The notes under the pieces: model-generated
Database searches by the model: none
The model's input: only the letters and a program-made list of their open reading frames with translations
Told to the model about the DNA's origin: nothing
In this document: in pieces, positions 57,292 to 64,000 of the stretch
How the letters are laid out: each line of letters starts with the position of its first letter
Numbering within the stretch: the stretch's first letter is position 1
Source: an uncultured Acetatifactor sp.
GTDB taxonomy: Bacteria > Bacillota > Clostridia > Lachnospirales > Lachnospiraceae
DNA length: 64,000 nucleotides
Direction of reading: 5' to 3'
Assembly: GCA_964524555.1 (NCBI GenBank)
Contig: CAZGGA010000008.1
Coordinates: forward strand, 31,607-95,606
Made by a program: the position numbers and the translations under genes

Positions 57292-58797
57292 TCAATTCCA
57301 AGATTCCACCGCCTTATTGTAATACTCCATCAAAACCGGCTTCGTGAGACGATTGATTTCCACATCATCATCTATCTCATCCTTTCCGAACCGAAAGAGA
57401 GCTGAAACATTTTCTCTGGTCAGATACTTTGTGTCCACATCAAAGTCCAGATCTTCCGTGAGTTCCCTCCTGCTTGCCATGTTAAATCCCCAATCCCCAA
57501 ATGCGGGAACCTGCAGGTGATAGGCTTTTACATACAGGCCTTCGCTCTTGATGGTTTTATTGATACACCAGAATGCTTTTGCCGCATAATAGGGGCTGGT
57601 GGACTGCACCACCATCACGCCGGTATCCTTCAGGCGGTTTTTGCACATCCGATAAAATATATTGGAATACAGTTTGTTCAGGGATTCACTGTTGGGATCA
57701 GGCAGATCCACAATAATCAGGTCATATTGTTCCTTGGAATCCTCCAGATACTCATATGCGTCCATATTGTAAATATTCAGCTTGTCCGATTCCAAACTGT
57801 TTTGGTTAACAGCAGTGATATTTTGATTGGTGGAACAGATTCGAATCATCTCTGCATCCAGATCCACCAGATCTATTCTTTCCACCTCGTCATATTTCAG
57901 AACTTCGCGAACCGCCATTCCATCCCCGCCCCCCAGAATCAACACATGGCTTCGGCTGTCCAATTCGCTCATGGGAATATGCACCAATGCTTCATGATAA
58001 CGGTATTCATCGGCCGTGGAAAACTGGCAGTTCCCATCAATGTAAAGTCTCACGTCATCCCGATGCTTTGTGAGTACGATTTTTTGATATTCCGTCTGTT
58101 CCATGTAAATAATCTGATCCCTGTACAGACCACCCTCTACGCTCTCCGAGATGTTATCCGCAAACACAATTCCGATGATCATCCCTGACGCAATGAAGAT
58201 GGCAAGAACGCGATAAATCCAGATATGCTTAACCCGCTCTCCAAAGCGCTGCAGAATCAGGATGGCGGCGGTAATATTTAACAATCCACAGAGAAAAGAT
58301 GTCGAAAAAAAGCCCAGATGCGGAAGCAATAGGAGCGGAAAAGCAATGGCTCCCAGCAATCCCCCAATGTAATCAAAACTGAAGATAGAGGATAGGGTCA
58401 CAGACAGGTTCTTCTCGTCCTCTTCAATAATTCTCGTCATAATCGGGATTTCCGCCCCTGCCAGCATACCGATCAGTATAATTTCCAGATACATCACTAC
58501 CACATAATTGGAAATATAAATATTGGACAGGAAAAGCAGCAGGGAGCTTAAGCCCCCCGCCACACCAATACTCAGCTCGATTGTCACAAAGACATTAAAC
58601 AGATTTTTCTTGAAATATCTGGAGATATAGGATCCAAATCCCAATGCCGCCATATAAAGCCCGATGGTTATGGAATACTGCAGAGTGCTGTTTCCCTGAA
58701 GATAGGAACTCACTGCGCTGATGATCAGCTCATAACACATGGAGCACCCTGATATAATCAGAGTGGTCAGCATCAGAAGCCTGTACTTCCTGCTCAT
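57292..58797 (-). CDS. Spermidine-synthase-like aminopropyltransferase fused to an N-terminal ~200-aa polytopic membrane domain
   Basis: About 7 TM segments, followed by a SpeE-like domain (VLILGGGDGMAVREVLKY, DLIIVDLPDP). Confidence 0.8.
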   Translation of the reverse strand: MSRKYRLLMLTTLIISGCSMCYELIISAVSSYLQGNSTLQYSITIGLYMAALGFGSYISRYFKKNLFNVFVTIELSIGVAGGLSSLLLFLSNIYISNYVVVMYLEIILIGMLAGAEIPIMTRIIEEDEKNLSVTLSSIFSFDYIGGLLGAIAFPLLLLPHLGFFSTSFLCGLLNITAAILILQRFGERVKHIWIYRVLAIFIASGMIIGIVFADNISESVEGGLYRDQIIYMEQTEYQKIVLTKHRDDVRLYIDGNCQFSTADEYRYHEALVHIPMSELDSRSHVLILGGGDGMAVREVLKYDEVERIDLVDLDAEMIRICSTNQNITAVNQNSLESDKLNIYNMDAYEYLEDSKEQYDLIIVDLPDPNSESLNKLYSNIFYRMCKNRLKDTGVMVVQSTSPYYAAKAFWCINKTIKSEGLYVKAYHLQVPAFGDWGFNMASRRELTEDLDFDVDTKYLTRENVSALFRFGKDEIDDDVEINRLTKPVLMEYYNKAVESWN

Positions 58798-58825
58798 AAT
58801 AATACCCGTTTCTTTCCTATGGTGT

Positions 58826-59248
58826 TTATTGGATCACACCGCTGACAATAAAGGCAATTCCCACAAAAATACCGAATATCATGATTCCCGCTGCTTCATT
58901 CTTCTCCTTAAGCGCAACGCCGAAATTAAACTTTCTGTTGACAATATCCACAAGAAAATATGCCAATATGAATGTGACAACACCAATTATGGCATAGACT
59001 ACGGTGTCTATCACTCCCGCCAAAAGCTCCATGGCTTCACCAACTCCACCAGAGATGATTGCAGAGCGGATCACAAAGCCAAGACCTGCATAAATTCCCG
59101 CAGACACCCAGCCCACCGCTTTGTTCCCCTCGTTAATCTCCTTCGGGAAATCCACCGGGATTGCCAGATCAATCAGCCAATACCCCAACAGCATCATAAT
59201 CAGTCCGATACAAAAATAAACCCCTGTCTCCATTATAACTGTCAACAT
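58826..59248 (-). CDS. DUF350-family small membrane protein
   Basis: 140 aa, four TM segments, internal duplication typical of DUF350. AGGAG lies 7 nt upstream. Confidence 0.7.
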   Translation of the reverse strand: MLTVIMETGVYFCIGLIMMLLGYWLIDLAIPVDFPKEINEGNKAVGWVSAGIYAGLGFVIRSAIISGGVGEAMELLAGVIDTVVYAIIGVVTFILAYFLVDIVNRKFNFGVALKEKNEAAGIMIFGIFVGIAFIVSGVIQ

Positions 59249-59307
59249 AATTTTTCTCCTTTTCTTAAATTACCAATTTTCCCTTCACTAGTTTTCTTCT
59301 CCCGCAT

Positions 59308-60390
59308 TTATTTACCACTGCTCAATCCACCGCTTGATGATTTCCGGCTGTTGATGCTTGACTGCCGAATGGAGCTGGAATAGCTGTCAAAGTAACCGTT
59401 TCCGATATTGTGAATCGTTGTCCCATTATACATGGAATAGGCCGACGGCGTACCCTTATAAGAAGAGGAATCCGCTGAGTATCCTGAGCTGTAATAATGA
59501 CTTCGGTACCATGTAGAACCGGCGCTTGAGATTCTGTAAGGGGCATTATCCGATGTGTAATTATACTTTCTGTTTGACACTTGAACATATACCTTTTTCT
59601 CTTCGTTCTCCGGATGATACACAAGGCAGTATTCTTTATCAGTCAAAATGGCAATCTCCTGATTATTCGTGTCATCCTTCTGAGTCACCGATTGGGTATT
59701 TCCCTCAATGCCCTGAATGATATCCTTGGCCACATCATCCGTTGTGGCAGATGTCCGATAGGCATATACCGTTGCCTTCTGCTTCTCATTGCCGGACAGG
59801 GAAGTTTCATACACATATTTCCCAGACTCCTTCAGATAGTTGGCAATTCTCTTGTTTGCGTTCAGATTTGCAACAATAATGTTTCCCATTATCCCTAAGA
59901 ATGGAAAACCAAAGGCAAAAATCAGCAGCACCGCCGTCAGATTTATTCTCTTTATCACAGACGGCTTTTCATATCCGGTCTCCACAATATCGCTTTTTTC
60001 AATGTACTCCCCCGTGGAAAATTCGGTTCCATCGCTCCAAATCTCAACGGAAAGCGTGTGATCCTCTGATGCATCCTCATATTCTACAAAAGAAGCTCTC
60101 TCCCCCGGGTCCACATCCACATCCCCGCTGCTGAAGCGGACCACCTGAGTCCCCTCGTCCACCTTATGCCATTCCGGACCAATCTGCCCCCTGATATTGT
60201 TCGCAGGCCAAGAAATGGAATATTCGTCATAAAACTCATCACAGGAAAGCCAGCATTCTCCTCTTGCTGTTTTTAACCGATACTCAGTCCAGAATTTTCC
60301 GGCATCTTGTATGTTTTCGTATTGGATGTACCCGATAACCTTTCCCGACAAGCCGTTTATATTAAGCAGCGTACCTACATCATAAAACAT
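59308..60390 (-). CDS. DUF4178-like N-terminal domain, one TM, then a C-terminal domain ending in a Ser/Tyr/Gly-rich tail
   Basis: N-terminus G.....G....V.G..QYE......W.EY.L (NINGLSGKVIGYIQYENIQDAGKFWTEYRLKT) as I remember for DUF4178. TM at about residues 150-175. GGAGG lies 6 nt upstream. Confidence 0.6.
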   Translation of the reverse strand: MFYDVGTLLNINGLSGKVIGYIQYENIQDAGKFWTEYRLKTARGECWLSCDEFYDEYSISWPANNIRGQIGPEWHKVDEGTQVVRFSSGDVDVDPGERASFVEYEDASEDHTLSVEIWSDGTEFSTGEYIEKSDIVETGYEKPSVIKRINLTAVLLIFAFGFPFLGIMGNIIVANLNANKRIANYLKESGKYVYETSLSGNEKQKATVYAYRTSATTDDVAKDIIQGIEGNTQSVTQKDDTNNQEIAILTDKEYCLVYHPENEEKKVYVQVSNRKYNYTSDNAPYRISSAGSTWYRSHYYSSGYSADSSSYKGTPSAYSMYNGTTIHNIGNGYFDSYSSSIRQSSINSRKSSSGGLSSGK

Positions 60391-60429
60391 ATTCCGCCTC
60401 CATCTTTCCTCTCAAAACATCCTAACAGT

Positions 60430-60786
60430 TTAACTGCGCCCTGATGCCGAATGACCGCTGATATCGCGCTGTATGGTTTGAACCCGGATGTTCCTTGAGC
60501 CAAACAAATCCTTCAACACCTGTGCAATTCCATCCGCCACTTCGTCCCTGCAGGAAAAAATATCGATTGCCGCATATTGGTATTCCGGCCATGTATGTAT
60601 CGAAAAGTGGGAAGTGGAAATAATGGCAAAATAAGTGATTCCAATGGGTTCAAATTTATGAATACATTCTTCCACAATCTGTGCGCCCACATATCCGATT
60701 GCTTTATGGGCGGCCTCCCTCACTGCTTCCGTGTCATCAATCATCTCCGAACAGTCATATAAATCCGCGATAAGCTGTACTGCCAT
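60430..60786 (-). CDS. speH: Class-1 SpeH/SpeD-like pyruvoyl-dependent decarboxylase proenzyme (AdoMetDC family)
   Basis: HKFEPIGITYFAIISTSHFSIHTWPEYQYAAIDIFSC aligns to the B. subtilis SpeD processing region (..ISESHLTIHSFPE..). The Ser and His are kept, but the residue before Ser is Thr. Confidence 0.75.
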   Translation of the reverse strand: MAVQLIADLYDCSEMIDDTEAVREAAHKAIGYVGAQIVEECIHKFEPIGITYFAIISTSHFSIHTWPEYQYAAIDIFSCRDEVADGIAQVLKDLFGSRNIRVQTIQRDISGHSASGRS

Positions 60787-60823
60787 TTTTATACCCCAAT
60801 CATTCACTTCTACAAACTACTTG

Positions 60824-61216
60824 TCAATCCTTTCTGCCAAATAATATGCCAGTCAGCTTGTGAAGCATCCCGTAATCGGACTTCGACTCCGTCCTGTCCC
60901 CGCCGCATTTTGTACAACGGAAGATATCCGCACGGTTATAGGAACCGCAATAATCGCACAGCCAATCCGGTGCATTTGTGGTTTTCGCCTTTTCCTCCTG
61001 TGTCAAAGTCGCTGCATCCAAATCTTCGGGCAGATAAAAAAGAGTGTCAATCCCCCGGGGTCTCCCACACGACATACAGGCATCATATCTTGCCTTGATT
61101 GCTTTTCGCCCGCAATATGCGCAGTCCCACAAGCCTTCTATTCTTCTCTCTTCCATCTGTCCCGCTCTGACCGCCGCCGGCAATATACTCCCTGCCGCCG
61201 GCATTTTCCTTTCCAT
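60824..61216 (-). CDS. Small protein with two zinc-ribbon / RanBP2-type zinc-finger motifs
   Basis: WDCAYCGRKAIKARYDACMSCG and WLCDYCGSYNRADIFRCTKCG. The second fits W-x-C-x2-C-x3-N-x6-C-x2-C exactly. The start codon is uncertain (61216, 61204 or 61156). Confidence 0.6.
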   Translation of the reverse strand: MERKMPAAGSILPAAVRAGQMEERRIEGLWDCAYCGRKAIKARYDACMSCGRPRGIDTLFYLPEDLDAATLTQEEKAKTTNAPDWLCDYCGSYNRADIFRCTKCGGDRTESKSDYGMLHKLTGILFGRKD

Positions 61217-61237
61217 CGTTGCTATAGTCCAAACTGT

Positions 61238-63892
61238 TTACGCAAGCTGTCCTTCCAGCACTTTCCCAGCCTCTGCAATCGCTGCGGGAATGCCTGCAGG
61301 ATTCTTGCCGCCGGCCTGCGCCATATTAGGTCTGCCGCCGCCTCCGCCGCCTACCAATGCCGCAATACCCTTAATCAGGTTGCCGGCGTGTGCGCCTTGC
61401 TTCACAGCGCCCTCCGTAGCCATGGCAATCATATTTACCTTGCCGTCCTGATTGGATAAGAGCACTACCACGCCTTCCTGCAGTTTTTCTTTTAATTGGT
61501 CTCCCAAATTCCTCAGCTCGTTCATATCCACGCCGTTCACGCTTACAGCTAACAGCTTCACGCCCTTTACTTCCGTGACCTGATCCATTACATCTCCCAA
61601 GGCATCCTTCGCCGCCTTGCTCTTCAAAGACTCATTTTCGGAAGAAAGCGCCTTCATCTCCGCCATAATATGCCCGCATTTTTCTATCAGGGAACCCGGA
61701 GTAGTTTTTAAAATTCTGCTTGCCTCCTCCAAGGTCTTTTCCAAATCCCTGTAATATGCGGTCACGCCATTTCCTGTCAGAGCTTCAATCCTGCGGATTC
61801 CAGCGGCCACGCCATTCTCTGAAAGAATCTTGAAATTGGAAATAACGCCCGTATTTTTAACATGGGTTCCTCCGCATAATTCCACGGAAAAATCTCCCAT
61901 TTTCACCACTCTTACTTCTTCGCCATACTTCTCGCCAAAGAGCGCCATAGCACCTGTTTTCTTTGCTTCCTCAATTCCCATGATCTGTGTCACCACAGGC
62001 AGATTCTCCGCAATCTTTTCATTGACGATATCTTCCACTTTTCTCAGCTCTTCCGCCGTCATGGGAGCAAAATGGCTGAAGTCAAATCGCAGTCTTTCGC
62101 CGTCCACATAAGAACCGCTCTGTTCCACATGGGTACCCAGAACTTCCCTGAGAGCTTTTTGCAGCAAATGGGTTGCGCTGTGGTTCTTACAGGTATCCGC
62201 TCTGTTATCCGCATCCACTGTAAGCGTAACAACATCTCCGACTTTAATCATACCGCTTGTGACAGTTCCCACATGTCCTACCTTGCCGCCCAAAAGCTTA
62301 ATGGTGTCTTTGACGGCAAAACTTCCGTCCTTTGTGGTAATCACGCCGGTATCGGCATTCTGTCCACCCATGGTGGCATAGAACGGAGTCTCCTCAACGA
62401 TAATGGTGCCAACCTGTCCATCTGTCAATGCATCCACAAGCTCTGTATCAGTGGTCAGCACAGTTACTTTGGATTCATGCTGCAGGCGGTCATATCCTAC
62501 AAATTTAGAGGTTATATTCACATCAATGGACTCATATATGGTGGCATCCGCTCCCATATAATTGGTTGTCTTACGGGCTTTTCTCGCCTTTTCTCTCTGC
62601 TCTGTCATGCATGCGTCAAATCCCGCCTGATCTATGGAAAATCCTTTCTCCTCCAGAATCTCCAAGGTCAGATCTACAGGGAATCCATAGGTATCATAAA
62701 GCTTAAACACATTTTCGCCGGAGAGGCACTTCTCGCCGGAAGCCTTCATTTCCTCTTCCATCTCTCCAAGGATGCTTAATCCCTGATCGATGGTCTTATC
62801 AAATTTATCCTCCTCCTGAGTCAACACATTCAGAATAAAATCCTTCTTCTCCTCAAGCTCGGGATAACCGTCCTTACACTCTGCAATCACCGTCTGGCTT
62901 AACTTGGCCAAAAACTTTCCGTCTATGCCGAGAAGCCTGCCATGTCTTGCAGCCCGGCGAATCAGACGGCGCAGCACATAGCCCCTTCCCTCGTTAGAGG
63001 GCAGAATGCCGTCGCTGATCATAAAGGTGGAAGAACGGATATGGTCTGTAATCAGTCTGATGGATACATCCTTTGCCTCATCCTCCTGATATGTTACCCC
63101 GGCAATCTCACAAATCCTGTCACGGATAGCCTTCATGGTATCCACATCAAACACGGAATCCACATCCTGCACCACTACTGCCAGACGCTCCAGCCCCATG
63201 CCAGTATCAATATTTTTCTGGGAAAGTTCTGTATAATTACCCTTTCCGTCATTATCAAACTGTGTGAATACATTGTTCCACACTTCCATAAAACGGTCGC
63301 AATCGCAGCCCACCTTACAGTCAGGCTTACCGCAGCCATATTTCTCACCCCTGTCATAATAAATCTCGGAACAGGGACCGCAGGGACCTGCGCCATGCTC
63401 CCAGAAATTATCACATTTGCCGTTCTCGTCACGGTAAAAGCGGGTAATTTTTTCCCCGGGAACACCTATCTCCTTAGTCCAGATATCATATGCCTCATCA
63501 TCTTCACAATAAATGGAGGGATAGAGCCTCTCCGGCTCCATACCTACTACCTCGGTAAGGAATTCCCAGCTCCATGCAATGGCCTCATGTTTAAAATAAT
63601 CTCCGAAAGAAAAATTCCCCAGCATCTCAAAGAAAGTAAGATGTCTGGCAGTCTTACCCACATTCTCAATATCTCCCGTGCGCACACATTTCTGACAAGT
63701 GGTAACCCTGCGCCTTGGAGGGATTTCCTGTCCTGTAAAATAGGGTTTCAGGGGTGCCATACCGGAATTGATAATCAACAGGCTGTTATCATTATGGGGC
63801 ACCAAAGAAAAGCTCTTCATTTTCAGATGATTCTTGCTCTCAAAAAAATCCAAATACATTCTTCTTAATTCGTTTACGCCATATTTCTGCAT
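61238..63892 (-). CDS. alaS: Alanine--tRNA ligase
   Basis: 884 aa, full-length AlaRS (class II motifs, HxxxH editing domain, C-terminal DHHA1-like GGGGGRP). Confidence 0.97.
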   Translation of the reverse strand: MQKYGVNELRRMYLDFFESKNHLKMKSFSLVPHNDNSLLIINSGMAPLKPYFTGQEIPPRRRVTTCQKCVRTGDIENVGKTARHLTFFEMLGNFSFGDYFKHEAIAWSWEFLTEVVGMEPERLYPSIYCEDDEAYDIWTKEIGVPGEKITRFYRDENGKCDNFWEHGAGPCGPCSEIYYDRGEKYGCGKPDCKVGCDCDRFMEVWNNVFTQFDNDGKGNYTELSQKNIDTGMGLERLAVVVQDVDSVFDVDTMKAIRDRICEIAGVTYQEDEAKDVSIRLITDHIRSSTFMISDGILPSNEGRGYVLRRLIRRAARHGRLLGIDGKFLAKLSQTVIAECKDGYPELEEKKDFILNVLTQEEDKFDKTIDQGLSILGEMEEEMKASGEKCLSGENVFKLYDTYGFPVDLTLEILEEKGFSIDQAGFDACMTEQREKARKARKTTNYMGADATIYESIDVNITSKFVGYDRLQHESKVTVLTTDTELVDALTDGQVGTIIVEETPFYATMGGQNADTGVITTKDGSFAVKDTIKLLGGKVGHVGTVTSGMIKVGDVVTLTVDADNRADTCKNHSATHLLQKALREVLGTHVEQSGSYVDGERLRFDFSHFAPMTAEELRKVEDIVNEKIAENLPVVTQIMGIEEAKKTGAMALFGEKYGEEVRVVKMGDFSVELCGGTHVKNTGVISNFKILSENGVAAGIRRIEALTGNGVTAYYRDLEKTLEEASRILKTTPGSLIEKCGHIMAEMKALSSENESLKSKAAKDALGDVMDQVTEVKGVKLLAVSVNGVDMNELRNLGDQLKEKLQEGVVVLLSNQDGKVNMIAMATEGAVKQGAHAGNLIKGIAALVGGGGGGRPNMAQAGGKNPAGIPAAIAEAGKVLEGQLA

Positions 63893-63936
63893 GGCAATCC
63901 CTCCCTTTATAGAAGCATTTTTATAATGGCGGCTCT

Positions 63937-64000
63937 TTAGTCGTCTTCTTCCTCTAAAATCTCATTCAGTTCGTCTCTGGCATCCATGATTCCCTCATGG
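63937..64000 (-). CDS. 3-prime end of an unidentified upstream gene (runs off the window)
   Basis: The reverse frame reads ...HEGIMDARDELNEILEEEDD then stops (TAA at 63939..63937). Only 21 codons are visible. Confidence 0.3.
   Translation of the reverse strand, partial: HEGIMDARDELNEILEEEDD

Noticed and set aside
62942-63868. Long plus-strand ORFs antisense to strong minus-strand genes (308 aa opposite alaS; also 31592..32341 opposite rnfB, 45524..46114 opposite the oadA-like gene, 42287..42943, 58739..59383 and 57517..58188).
   Set aside because: Each lies entirely inside a gene with unmistakable family motifs on the other strand. Their translations are low-complexity or Cys/His/Ile-rich with no recognisable motifs and no SD. 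These are typical shadow ORFs.
1-64000. A scan for tRNA, rRNA, tmRNA, CRISPR arrays, IS elements with terminal inverted repeats, and integrases.
   Set aside because: None recognised. All intergenic gaps over 100 nt are accounted for by promoters, terminators, the T-box, rpsU or the palindromic elements described above.

Overview
This window looks like a core-chromosome segment of a low-GC Firmicute, class Clostridia and probably Lachnospiraceae-like (my inference from gene content and synteny). About 60 of the roughly 64 genes are on the minus strand.

Recognisable blocks, in order:
- gpsA-plsY-der-DUF512
- prs
- an OmpR-type two-component system
- pgeF and yraN, a FlhB-C-like/FliK-like pair, then rnhB, two lepB copies, rbgA, a third lepB and rplS
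- a MATE exporter carrying an extra C-terminal domain
- a complete trpE-GD-C-F-B-A operon behind a tRNA-Trp T-box leader
- a small accessory patch: Rpn/YhgA-like nuclease, SleB-like hydrolase, AP2-domain protein, GH25 muramidase
- rnfCDGEAB
- cheR, rpsA, ispH, cmk, a flavoprotein and an RpiR regulator
- TetR, a mini-kinase and an XRE regulator
- a five-gene biotin/Na+ decarboxylase operon
- dac, scpAB, a phosphoesterase and a second dac
- rpsU, which the ORF track misses
- a polyamine-linked membrane module directly downstream of alaS

I saw no rRNA, tRNA, CRISPR array, integrase or transposase with terminal repeats.

Candidates most worth follow-up:
1. The alaS-linked zinc-finger / SpeH-like / DUF4178 / DUF350 / membrane-SpeE module (57292..61216).
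2. The Rpn-like nuclease, which has a strongly SD-preceded internal in-frame start that would give a 71-aa coiled-coil product (possible intragenic antitoxin), plus a relic Rpn fragment next to it.
3. Two copies of a rod-like palindromic element flanking cmk whose stems differ by compensatory changes.
4. The MATE exporter fused to a degenerate SpoIIAB/RsbW-like GHKL domain.
5. An AP2 / dead-HNH / AP2 protein.
6. A decarboxylase operon encoding two different carboxyltransferases.

All family calls are from reading motifs by eye. No database search was run.
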